Assembly (NCBI GenBank): GCA_003233455.1
Contig: QILQ01000043.1
Location: 442-64,441, forward strand
Origin: Candidatus Zambryskiibacteriota bacterium
Lineage (GTDB): Bacteria; Patescibacteriota; Minisyncoccia; Phycocordibacterales; WO2-35-19
DNA: 64,000 nucleotides
Direction of reading: 5' to 3'
The notes beneath the pieces were generated by a model that ran no database searches, was not told the DNA's origin, and worked only from the letters and a program-made list of their open reading frames with translations. Below, one piece after another: positions 48,960 through 60,377 of the stretch (position 1 is its first letter; every line of letters begins with the position of its first letter). Both the position numbers and the translations under genes were made by a program.

Positions 48960-48963
48960 CTTT

Positions 48964-50175
48964 ATGCTTTTTTTATACCAAACAATCAATAAAAACGGAG
49001 AAAGAAAAAAGGGCAGTATAGAAGCTTTTAGTATGGATGCGGCTATAACTTCCTTGCAAAGAAAGGGTCTAGCTGTTTCTTCTATTAAACCAAAAGAGGA
49101 TGATGATGGGGATATTCTTAAAAAAATTCCTTTTTTTAATAGAGTTTCCAATAAGGAAGTAGTTATACTATCAAGACAACTCTCAACTCTTTTTGAAGCT
49201 CAGGTTTCCGCTTTAAGAGTTTTTAAACTTATTGGGACTGAATCCGAAAATCCAACTTTAAGAAAGCATCTTCTTGAAATTGTTGATGATTTACAGGGCG
49301 GATCTTCCATATCGTCCGCTCTCTCCAAACATCCGGATGTATTTTCAGATTTTTATGTGAATATGATTAAATCCGGGGAAGAATCCGGTCATATAGACCA
49401 AACTTTTTCATATTTAGCTGATTATATGGATCGTACTTATGAAGTTTTATCTAAAGCCAAAAACGCACTTATTTATCCGGCTTTTGTTATATTTACTTTT
49501 ATCGCTGTTATGGTCTTAATGTTTACAGTTATTGTGCCTAAAATCTCTCTTATTATAAAAGATTCTTCTCAAGAAATACCCCTTTACACAAAAGTTGTTT
49601 TTTGGATAAGCGATTTTTTCACTAAAAATTGGATACTAATGCTCTTAGCTCTTATTGTAGGTATAATAGGTCTTATTTGGTATGGTAGAACCAAAGAAGG
49701 TAGGAGACAAATTTCAAATGTCAGACTTTATATTCCTTATGTCGGAGATCTTTATCGTAAATTGTATCTTTCCAGATTTTCTGATAATATGAGCACCATG
49801 ATTCTTTCTGGTATTCCAATGCTTAAAGCTATTGAAGTAACTTCTTCTATTATAGATAATGAAATATACAGAGAAATTTTAGTTGAGGCTGCCACTAAAG
49901 TCAAAGCGGGTCAAGCACTTTCGGCGGCTCTCGGCGATAGAGAGGAAATTCCAAGCATTTTAACCCAAATGGTGAGAGTGGGAGAAGAAACCGGAGAACT
50001 TGGTAATATTTTAAAAACAATGTCAAAATTTTATCAGAGAGAAGTTATGAATGCGGTAGATACTTTGGTTGGTATGATTGAGCCTATTATGATAGTAGCT
50101 TTAGGAGTTGGGGTTGGTATTTTATTAGCGTCTGTTCTTATGCCTATATATAATATAGCCGCAATGGCATCATAA
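48964..50175 (+). CDS. pilC: Type IV pilus platform protein PilC/GspF
   Basis: RQLSTL, GEESG, ALIYP, GEETG, MIEP. Confidence 0.95.
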   Translation: MLFLYQTINKNGERKKGSIEAFSMDAAITSLQRKGLAVSSIKPKEDDDGDILKKIPFFNRVSNKEVVILSRQLSTLFEAQVSALRVFKLIGTESENPTLRKHLLEIVDDLQGGSSISSALSKHPDVFSDFYVNMIKSGEESGHIDQTFSYLADYMDRTYEVLSKAKNALIYPAFVIFTFIAVMVLMFTVIVPKISLIIKDSSQEIPLYTKVVFWISDFFTKNWILMLLALIVGIIGLIWYGRTKEGRRQISNVRLYIPYVGDLYRKLYLSRFSDNMSTMILSGIPMLKAIEVTSSIIDNEIYREILVEAATKVKAGQALSAALGDREEIPSILTQMVRVGEETGELGNILKTMSKFYQREVMNAVDTLVGMIEPIMIVALGVGVGILLASVLMPIYNIAAMAS

Positions 50176-50627
50176 TGAATAAATTTAAAAATAAAAAAGG
50201 TTTTACACTTATTGAACTTCTGGTGGTTATTACCATAATAGGAGTTTTATCCACTATTATTTTAGGCAGTATTTCAAATTCAAGAAATAAGGCTTATAAT
50301 TCAAAAATAGAGCAACAACTTAGCGGTTTTCGCACTGCTGCGGAGATATATTTTACCAATCAAACTCCAAATGGCTATGGTCCAGCCAGCAGTATTTGTA
50401 GTGCGGGTATTTTTAATAATGTTGACCCCATAAATGGCAGTCCCGGTTTATATATAGCGGCAGGCAATCTTCCAGATTTTAGTCAAGTAGTTTGTGGTTC
50501 TACTGATTCATCTTACGCTGTCAAAGCTACTCTGTATTCCGGAAATAAATATTGGTGTGTGGATAATAAAGGATCTTCAAGATTAATATCTGGTGCTATT
50601 GGTAATACGGTTACTTTTTGTCCATAA
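50175..50627 (+). CDS. Type IV pilin
   Basis: KKG-FTLIELLVVI; C-terminal YWCVD..FCP. Confidence 0.92.
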   Translation: MNKFKNKKGFTLIELLVVITIIGVLSTIILGSISNSRNKAYNSKIEQQLSGFRTAAEIYFTNQTPNGYGPASSICSAGIFNNVDPINGSPGLYIAAGNLPDFSQVVCGSTDSSYAVKATLYSGNKYWCVDNKGSSRLISGAIGNTVTFCP

Positions 50628-50709
50628 TGTTTTAATATATACGATGTTTTGCGGAGTGAGAGTGCAACGTGCCTTTAGCCTATTTTTGAAAAAATTTATT
50701 CTTATTATT

Positions 50710-53700
50710 TTAAAGATCAATATTAGTTTCAAAAATTTTATCAAGTTCAAGATTAATCGCTTTTTTTATACTTTCAATTTTTTTATATTTTTCTGCAATT
50801 TCTTTTTGTGCTTGTAAATCAAAATTTTCCTGATTATCAATAGGGATTTGAACTTTAATGTTTTCAATTTGATTTGTACCAAGTTTTTTGTTCCCATAAC
50901 CTTTTGCTTTATCAAAGAATAATGGTTGAATTATGAATTTAATATATTCAAGACAAAGATCATCTTTTCTAGGAATTAAAATGCCACAATGATTGTTTAT
51001 AGTGAAAAAATATTCTTCTTTCTTTTCTTGCAACAAATTCTCTGAATTGCGAACAAATAATTTGCCTGCATAACCATCTACAGACCACGTCAAACAATAT
51101 TGATAATATAAATCATTTTTATTTATTTTATCCAAATCCATTTTCATTAATAATCCTTCATTTTTTGTATTTGATGAATAAACTGGGATGTTACCTTTCC
51201 ATCCATTACCAATTACTCTTTTTTTTGTATAAAATGCGTTACCTTGCTTAATGTTAAAAAGATCATCAATTTTTATCAATTTTGTTTTTTGATCATTTAT
51301 TTTTATCTCAACCATTAAATCCTTGATTTGTTTTTTATATTCTTCAACTTTTTGTTTAACTTCTTTTATTATTTGATATTTATCTAAGATATTTTTTTGA
51401 AAATCTAAATCAAAATCACCATTTGAATCGATTGGTATTTGAACTACAACATCTTTCATGTTTTTCAATGACGATCTTAATCCTCTATCAAATCCATATT
51501 TATGTTTAACTTTCGAAAGTTGTAACATTAAATATTCTGGTAGAATATTATCTGTTAATATTCTAATAACACCACAGTGATCCGTCGTCATAAATGGAGT
51601 GTTTTTTTTGATAAAATTGAATTCAAAATCACCATCAATCCCCCAAATAACAAAATCATTTTCAAAATTTTCTATATTACTTTTAAAATGATAACCAACT
51701 GGATTAAAAACATTAGCACTATAAATTGGAATATTACCACTAATTTTTACTAAATCTTTTTTTACCAACCTTTTACCTATAAATAAATCAAAATATTTCT
51801 TGTCTGATAAAAATATTTCTTTAAAAGAATTTTTTAACTTTTTTTTTTCGCCAAACTCTTTTACAAGCTGACTAAATTCATTAAGAGATTCGGAAATATC
51901 ACCTATCAATTCTCCAAATTCTTGTACTCCAACTATTTTATCTTCTTCTAAAATGCCAAGTTCTATTTTTTCCTCTTTACTCCACCACCTATCAACTGAC
52001 CAATGTTGTTCTGGATTAAATTTATCTATTGATTGAATTTTACATCTTTTATCAGAATTATTTTCAATAAAATATTCTGGACTTCCTTTAAATCCTTTAA
52101 ATAATTTTACAGCTTCTTGTAAATCGTTTTGTTCAATATCAAAACGATAAATATCCCTTGACTCTCCAATCTCACTTACCAAATAAGTAAATACTGGTTT
52201 TTTTTGAATATCTTTTTTGTTTGTTTTCTTTGTAATTGCTAAAATATAAGTTTTCTTTGGAGTAGTGAAAAATGTTTTTATCGGTAGTGAAATAATTCCG
52301 TCAATATAACATTCATCTAAAATAAACTTTCTTAAATTTTTATCATTTTGACGATTTAAAATTCCGTCAGGAATTACTACAAATGCTTTTCCACCTGGTT
52401 TTAATGCTTTCACAATCCACTCCATAAAAAGTCCTTCAACCCCCATAGCATTGATTTTGTAATAATTTTCAAGTTCTCCGTCTTTTTTTATTTCGTCTTT
52501 TAAATTTCCGCTACCACTAGTTACATACGGAGGATTGGTTAAAATTAAATTATATTCATTTTCAACGGGTTCTGAAAGTGTTCCAAGAATAGAATTTGTT
52601 TTAAGAGTAAAGCTATCATTAAATAATTTTGCAAATTCTTGTGTTAGATTTGGATTGTCTTTTATTAAATCAGAAAAATAAATCAGCATATTGGCTTTTG
52701 CCAAAATAATTGTTTTCTGTTCATCTTTATCAAAACCTTTATCAAAGCCATGAATAGCTATCTTTGAAACAATTTTATCTTTTTTAATATTATAAAAATC
52801 TTCAAGTCTTGTCGTTAATGGCTCTAAAAGGAATTTACCAACTCCGCAAGCAGGATCACAAATACTTACTCCTTCCTTTATATCGTCTTTTGCCATTTCG
52901 ACAATAGAACGAACAACTTTTAATGGGGTGAAAAACTGTCCCCAGTTTTTCTTACTAATACTTTCCTTCAAAAAACTCTCAAAAATCTGACTTTTGAAGT
53001 CATAATCAATATTTTCTAATTTTCCATATTTCAGAAATTTATCTAAAACAGTTTTAAAAGTCGTACTATATCCTTTAACAGCTTTTTGATCTTTATTTAC
53101 AAAAATTGTTCCATTGATAATAGTAGTTTTATCTTCTGTGTCTTGTGGAAATAATTGTTTAATTTTTGGACGAATTGTTGTTGCGTAGTGTTCTAATACT
53201 TCGTTTTCTGTATTACCACCATCATACATTTTAATGAGAGTATAAAAATTATGGACTCCTTTTAAAACATCTAAGTCACTAAGATATTTGAAAATGAAAA
53301 GTTCAACAAAAGTATAAAGACAATTTTCAGGAGTTGCTCCACTTACAGACCAAATATCTTGCCAAATGCTTTTTGCCAAATTTGTTGGATTTACAAATTC
53401 TTTTGGTTTTATATTATCAGTTTGCTCATTTATAGAATCATAAACTTTTTTTAATAATTCTGGTAGTTTTTCAGCTCTTGAATCAAATAAAACTTTAATT
53501 TCTTTTCCATTTTCATCTTTAATCCTATTCCCAGTTAAAGCATTTATCCAAATAGCTTCTTTTGTGTCTGTAGCAATAAAAATTTTAGCTCCCAATTTTT
53601 TAGCAACTTCAATTTCCTGTTCAATAGCTTTACTATGATCTTTTGCTGTCTTAAATTTTTTAGGAATTTTATATTCAATAACTGCAATAACATTTTTATT

Positions 53701-53874
53701 CTGTACCATGAGAGCATCAACTTTTTTTCTTTCAAAAGCTCCATAATTAACATTACGAATAATATTTGATTCTTTTAGAGCTTTTACTGTTGTTGCTCCA
53801 ATATTATAAAAATCCCATTTCCCAATTTTCTCTGGGTTTTTTATTAAATCCCTTTGTAGAAGTTCTTCACTCAT
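50710..53874 (-). CDS. Fused restriction-modification enzyme (nuclease + N6-adenine MTase + two target recognition domains)
   Basis: VDAL..IEYK nuclease motif; GQFFTP, DPACGVG, NPPY; two HsdS-like repeats (IPIYS..WGIDG..HCG / IPVYS..WSVDG..HCG). Confidence 0.9.
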   Translation of the reverse strand: MSEELLQRDLIKNPEKIGKWDFYNIGATTVKALKESNIIRNVNYGAFERKKVDALMVQNKNVIAVIEYKIPKKFKTAKDHSKAIEQEIEVAKKLGAKIFIATDTKEAIWINALTGNRIKDENGKEIKVLFDSRAEKLPELLKKVYDSINEQTDNIKPKEFVNPTNLAKSIWQDIWSVSGATPENCLYTFVELFIFKYLSDLDVLKGVHNFYTLIKMYDGGNTENEVLEHYATTIRPKIKQLFPQDTEDKTTIINGTIFVNKDQKAVKGYSTTFKTVLDKFLKYGKLENIDYDFKSQIFESFLKESISKKNWGQFFTPLKVVRSIVEMAKDDIKEGVSICDPACGVGKFLLEPLTTRLEDFYNIKKDKIVSKIAIHGFDKGFDKDEQKTIILAKANMLIYFSDLIKDNPNLTQEFAKLFNDSFTLKTNSILGTLSEPVENEYNLILTNPPYVTSGSGNLKDEIKKDGELENYYKINAMGVEGLFMEWIVKALKPGGKAFVVIPDGILNRQNDKNLRKFILDECYIDGIISLPIKTFFTTPKKTYILAITKKTNKKDIQKKPVFTYLVSEIGESRDIYRFDIEQNDLQEAVKLFKGFKGSPEYFIENNSDKRCKIQSIDKFNPEQHWSVDRWWSKEEKIELGILEEDKIVGVQEFGELIGDISESLNEFSQLVKEFGEKKKLKNSFKEIFLSDKKYFDLFIGKRLVKKDLVKISGNIPIYSANVFNPVGYHFKSNIENFENDFVIWGIDGDFEFNFIKKNTPFMTTDHCGVIRILTDNILPEYLMLQLSKVKHKYGFDRGLRSSLKNMKDVVVQIPIDSNGDFDLDFQKNILDKYQIIKEVKQKVEEYKKQIKDLMVEIKINDQKTKLIKIDDLFNIKQGNAFYTKKRVIGNGWKGNIPVYSSNTKNEGLLMKMDLDKINKNDLYYQYCLTWSVDGYAGKLFVRNSENLLQEKKEEYFFTINNHCGILIPRKDDLCLEYIKFIIQPLFFDKAKGYGNKKLGTNQIENIKVQIPIDNQENFDLQAQKEIAEKYKKIESIKKAINLELDKIFETNIDL

Positions 53875-54081
53875 AATTTAAGTTTATTGAAGTAAATATA
53901 TAAATCTACTAATTTTAGTATACAATTATTTTAACTTTTTTACTATACATTGTATTTTTATGTGCCCATTTATTTAATGAATGCAATATGTATGTGAACT
54001 TGGTCAATTAAAAATCTTTAAATTCAAATTTTTTCAAAAATATGTCATATAATAAATACTTTCGCTTGCGAGGAGGACTGG

Positions 54082-54090
54082 TTATCCACA
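54082..54090 (+). promoter_or_regulatory. Perfect DnaA-box consensus upstream of the pilin promoter
   Basis: TTATCCACA; single copy, so may be chance. Confidence 0.3.
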
Positions 54091-54209
54091 TATTAGCTAC
54101 AAAAAAATTAACGTTTGTTTATAATATATTAAGGCTTGAAAGTGAAAATAAGGTCGATGTTGTCAAGCTTCTCTCTCGAGAGAGCATTAATTAATTTTAT
54201 TTTAAAATT

Positions 54210-54658
54210 ATGTTTAAATTAAGAAATAAAGGTTTTACACTTATTGAACTTCTAGTGGTTATCGCTATTATTGGTATTCTTTCTTCCGTTGTTTTAGCGT
54301 CTCTAAACACCGCTCGTGGTAGAGGTAATGATGCTAAAGTTAAAGCTCAGCTTTCCGGTCTTCGGGTCTTCGTGCCGCTGCTGAACTCTATTATGATGAT
54401 AATCCAACTCAGGGTTATGGTCCCGCATCTTCCAGTTGTACAACTGGTATGTTTGCTAATGCGACTGTTCAAGCTTATATCGCTCCCGCTAATCTTCCAG
54501 CTAACGCTACCCCGGCATGTTTCTCTTCTACCGGTAGTTATGCGGTTACAACCAAACTTCCTGGCGCAGGTGGTGCTAACAAATGGTGTGTTGATTCACT
54601 TGGTGTTTCTAAGCAAGTTATCGGTATCGCTACTTCGGCTGGTTGTCCCGCTTCCTAA
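54210..54658 (+). pseudogene. Probable major type IV pilin, frameshifted by an 8-nt duplication
   Basis: NKG-FTLIELLVVIAIIG; ggtcttcg duplicated at 54357-54372; removing one copy restores LSGLRAAAELYYDD..KWCVDS..GCPAS*. Confidence 0.88.
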
Positions 54659-54727
54659 ATACCTGACTTATTTTGTTGCCGAACAAAAGCCTCATTTGGA
54701 GGCTTTTGTGTTATTATATGGAAGTAA

Positions 54728-55585
54728 ATGCAATATTTATTTTTAATCATTATTTTTTTATTCGGAACGGCTTTAGGAAGTTTTGTTACTGTGATTGCCA
54801 ATAGGTTCAATACCGGTTTACCTTTTTTTAGAGGTAGGTCATTTTGTTTCTCTTGCAACACCAAACTTCAAAAAAAAGATTTAGTTCCATTATTTTCTTT
54901 TTTATTTTTAAAAGGCAGATGCAGATATTGTAAAAGCAAGATACCCAGAGAAACTTTAATAATTGAGATTTTAATGGGTATTTTATCGGTATTATCCGCT
55001 CTGAAATCCGGTTTTTCAGTTTTTGATTTTTCCTTATTGTCTATTATTAACTATTTGCTACTAACTTTTATTTTTGCCACTATTCTTCTGATTGCTGTCT
55101 ATGATATAAAACATTTTATTATTCCCGATTCTTTTCTTTTTACTCTTTTTCTTTTTTCTTTGTTTTATATTTCTTTATCCAACTTTATCATTCAAACTAA
55201 TATAATAAATAATATATATTCTCTTATTCCTTTTTTCATTTCTTCTATAATTCTAACACTGCCATTCTTGTTAATTTTTGTTATTTCAAAAGGTCGGTGG
55301 CTTGGTTTTGGGGATATTAAATATATTTTAGTTTTGGGTTTTCTGCTTGGGTTTAGTCAAGGGTTGTCGGCTGTAATTTTAGCCTTTTGGATAGGAGCGG
55401 CTTTTTCTTTGATAATTTTATCTTTAAAATATTTTAGGTTACATATAAATTTGCCTTTACTCCGTAATAATTTTACAATTAAATCTGAGATTCCTTTTGG
55501 ACCATTTTTATCAATTGGGATAATAATAAGTCTTTATTTAAATGCTGATTTATTTCAAATACATTCTCTCTTTAATATCTTCTAA
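54728..55585 (+). CDS. pilD: Prepilin peptidase
   Basis: GSF, RSFCFSC..GRCRYC, YDIKH, LGFGDIK, IPFGPFL. Confidence 0.95.
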   Translation: MQYLFLIIIFLFGTALGSFVTVIANRFNTGLPFFRGRSFCFSCNTKLQKKDLVPLFSFLFLKGRCRYCKSKIPRETLIIEILMGILSVLSALKSGFSVFDFSLLSIINYLLLTFIFATILLIAVYDIKHFIIPDSFLFTLFLFSLFYISLSNFIIQTNIINNIYSLIPFFISSIILTLPFLLIFVISKGRWLGFGDIKYILVLGFLLGFSQGLSAVILAFWIGAAFSLIILSLKYFRLHINLPLLRNNFTIKSEIPFGPFLSIGIIISLYLNADLFQIHSLFNIF

Positions 55586-56156
55586 AAACAAAGGATTTAC
55601 TTTAACCGAGTTGATAGTGGTTATAGCTATAGCTACTGTAATAATGACTTCTTTAATTATTCAACAAAGTCAATGGAATGATCAATTAGTTGTAAATAAT
55701 CAAACTTATGAAATGGTTTTAACAATTCGTCAAGCTAAAGTTTATAGTTTGGGGGTAAGGGAAGATTTGGGTGGTAGTGGTGATAAATTTAACATAGGTT
55801 ATGGAGTATATTTAAATAAAAATAATGTTAATCAATACATATTTTTCGCGGATAGAAATGGAAATAAAAGATATAATATTGGGGAAGCGATAAAAACCAA
55901 AGTTTTTACCAGAGGGGTAAAAATAAATAATGTTTGTGGCAATACCAGATGTTTTTTTTCCCGTGGCGGTCCTTTGGACCAAGTGAGCATTTCATTTTTT
56001 AGACCGGAAACTAAACCAAATATAAATATAAGTCTTTTAAATCGTGGTAATCGGCCGGTTGATACTCCTCCAATTACTATTATTTTAAAATCGCCAAAAG
56101 GTAAAACTTCTTCAATAAAAATAGAAGCTAACGGTCAAATTTCGGTTAGTCAGTAA
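55542..56156 (+). CDS. Minor pilin (FimT/GspH-like)
   Basis: KG-FTLTELIVVI. Confidence 0.85.
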   Translation: MLIYFKYILSLISSKNKGFTLTELIVVIAIATVIMTSLIIQQSQWNDQLVVNNQTYEMVLTIRQAKVYSLGVREDLGGSGDKFNIGYGVYLNKNNVNQYIFFADRNGNKRYNIGEAIKTKVFTRGVKINNVCGNTRCFFSRGGPLDQVSISFFRPETKPNINISLLNRGNRPVDTPPITIILKSPKGKTSSIKIEANGQISVSQ

Positions 56157-56174
56157 TTATATTTTATATAATAT

Positions 56175-56720
56175 ATGAAAATTTTTAATTTTAAATCTTC
56201 AAATGGTTTTACTCTCGTTGAATTGATTATAGCGATAGCTCTTTTTACTTTAATTGCTTCTTTTTCTATTGGAGCGGTTTTGAGTATTTTTAGTGCTAAC
56301 AGAAAAGCCAGATCTTCTAAAACTGTGGTAGATAATCTAAATTTTGCTATTGAAAATATGGTTAGAGTAGCGCGTTTTGGAAACAATTATCATTGTGGCG
56401 ATATTGCTCCTCTTTCTGTTTCAAGGGATTGTCCAGCAGGAGATAATTTTTTAGCTTTAAATTTTGAAGGCAATACTTTAGTTTATCGTCTAAATGGTGT
56501 TGCTATTCAAAGATCTGATAACGGCGGATCAACTTACACGGATATTACTCCTTCGGAAACAGTTATAGAAAATTTGAAATTTTATGTTCTTAATTCTTCT
56601 TCTAATAATAAGCAACCTTATATTATTGTTGTTATAAAAGGTTATTCTGGTAATAGACCAACTAACCAGTCAAAATTTTCTATTCAAACTTTAATATCTC
56701 AAAGAGTGCTTAATATATGA
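56175..56720 (+). CDS. Minor pilin (PilW/GspJ-like)
   Basis: NG-FTLVELIIAI. Confidence 0.85.
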   Translation: MKIFNFKSSNGFTLVELIIAIALFTLIASFSIGAVLSIFSANRKARSSKTVVDNLNFAIENMVRVARFGNNYHCGDIAPLSVSRDCPAGDNFLALNFEGNTLVYRLNGVAIQRSDNGGSTYTDITPSETVIENLKFYVLNSSSNNKQPYIIVVIKGYSGNRPTNQSKFSIQTLISQRVLNI

Positions 56721-57304
56721 TTAAAAAAATTAAAATTAAAATTAAAAATTATGAATTAAAAATCTCCGCAAAACGAGCGGGATTTACCATACTTGAAGCT
56801 ATTGTTGCTATTGCTATTTTATCTCTTTCCATCTCTGGATCTTTTTCCGCAGTCCAAAAAAGTCTTTCTGAATCTATAATTGCCAAAGATGAAATAAAAG
56901 CCTTTTATTTGGCTCAAGAAGCGGTAGAGATAATCAGAAATAAAAGAGATGTCAATCAACTGAATAAAATAAATAACGGTAGTGGCAATTGGCTTGCCGG
57001 TATATCGGAAAATGTTGTGGATCCTTGTTATTTCGGCAAAATATGTCAAGTTGATGTTATTCCCATCCCACCTTCTTTGACTTATTGTGGCTCATCTTCT
57101 TGGGGTAGTTGTCCTGTTTTAAATCAAGACCCAGCAACCTCGTTATATAGTTACGGAGCTTATCCAGCGACTGATTTTAAAAGGGAAGTAAAAATTGAAT
57201 CAATAAATGCTTATGAAATAGCCGTTATTGTGCGAGTTTCTTGGACTAAAGGCTTGATAAGCAGAGAGTTTAAAGTAAAAACATTTTTATTTAACTGGAT
57301 ATAA
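56717..57304 (+). CDS. Minor pilin (PilV/GspI-like)
   Basis: AG-FTILEAIVAI, AFYLAQEAVE. Confidence 0.85.
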   Translation: MIKKIKIKIKNYELKISAKRAGFTILEAIVAIAILSLSISGSFSAVQKSLSESIIAKDEIKAFYLAQEAVEIIRNKRDVNQLNKINNGSGNWLAGISENVVDPCYFGKICQVDVIPIPPSLTYCGSSSWGSCPVLNQDPATSLYSYGAYPATDFKREVKIESINAYEIAVIVRVSWTKGLISREFKVKTFLFNWI

Positions 57305-57308
57305 TAAT

Positions 57309-57839
57309 ATGAGATTGAAAATTGAAAATTTTAAATTGAAAATTCCTGCTAAGCAGGCAGGTATAACTCTGTTTATAGTAATCGTCATTATGAGCATCTT
57401 GCTTCTTATAAGTTTCGCGATAGTCAATATTACTTTGAAAGCTACTCTCTTTTCTTCTTCTGGCAGAGATTCTCAATACGCTTTTTATGCGGCAGATAGC
57501 GGTATAGAATGTGCTATTTATTGGGATTCCAGGTTTAATCCAAGCAAATTTGCCACTTCCACTTCAGGCTCTCCTATAAGTTGTAATAATATAGCTATTT
57601 CAAATGGTCAAACTATTCCCGGCACTACCACTTTAACTCTAATCGGCGGAGGCGGTAATGCTAATCCAACCAGTATTTTTTACTTTAATATGAATCAAGG
57701 TTCGGACCCAGAACCTTATTGCGCTATTGTGACGGTAACTAAAAATACGGACGGTAGCACTTATATTAAATCTCGCGGTTATAATACTTGTGACCCTTCT
57801 AATCCAAGGAGAGTAGAGAGAGGTATTGAATTGTATTAA
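57309..57839 (+). CDS. Minor pilin (PilX-like)
   Basis: AG-ITLFIVI lacking Glu5; AFYAADSGIECA; SRGYN. Confidence 0.82.
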   Translation: MRLKIENFKLKIPAKQAGITLFIVIVIMSILLLISFAIVNITLKATLFSSSGRDSQYAFYAADSGIECAIYWDSRFNPSKFATSTSGSPISCNNIAISNGQTIPGTTTLTLIGGGGNANPTSIFYFNMNQGSDPEPYCAIVTVTKNTDGSTYIKSRGYNTCDPSNPRRVERGIELY

Positions 57840-57842
57840 AAT

Positions 57843-59990
<2,148 letters not shown>

Positions 59991-60019
59991 TATATTCTTT
60001 TTTGTGCTATATTTTTTAT

Positions 60020-60328
60020 ATGATTTCTAAAGAAGAAATTAAAAAATTAGCTGATTTGGTTAGAATAAATATTGCGGATGAAGAAGCGGAAAATTTGCGA
60101 GGTGAAATAAGCGATATTTTAGATTATGTTGGACAAGTTAAATCTATAACTGAAAATAATAAAGAGAGACAAAATCCTCTTCTTGTTGTAAAAAGGGGGC
60201 AGGGGGATGTTATAAATGTAATGAGAGAAGATGAAAATCTAATTGAATCAGATACTCACAGCAAAAATTTAATTGCTGAATTTCCAAACAAAGAGAGAGA
60301 TTATTTAAAAGTAAAGAAAATATTATAA
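60020..60328 (+). CDS. gatC: Asp/Glu-tRNA amidotransferase subunit C
   Basis: MISKEEIKKLADLVRI..ILDYV..NVMRED..YLKVKKIL. Confidence 0.9.
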   Translation: MISKEEIKKLADLVRINIADEEAENLRGEISDILDYVGQVKSITENNKERQNPLLVVKRGQGDVINVMREDENLIESDTHSKNLIAEFPNKERDYLKVKKIL

Positions 60329-60330
60329 TT

Positions 60331-60372
60331 TCCCCTCTCCTGCATTTAGGAGAGGGGCTAGGGGTGAGGTTA
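60331..60372. repeat. BoxC-like palindromic repeat
   Basis: cccctctcctgcatttaggagaggggctaggggtgaggtt. Confidence 0.88.
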
Positions 60373-60377
60373 ATAAA

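Noticed and set aside
54082-54090. Replication origin
   Set aside because: Only one DnaA box, and no dnaA/dnaN nearby
54373-54746. Hydrophobic C-terminus of the 178-aa pilin ORF
   Set aside because: Out-of-frame read-through caused by the 8-nt duplication
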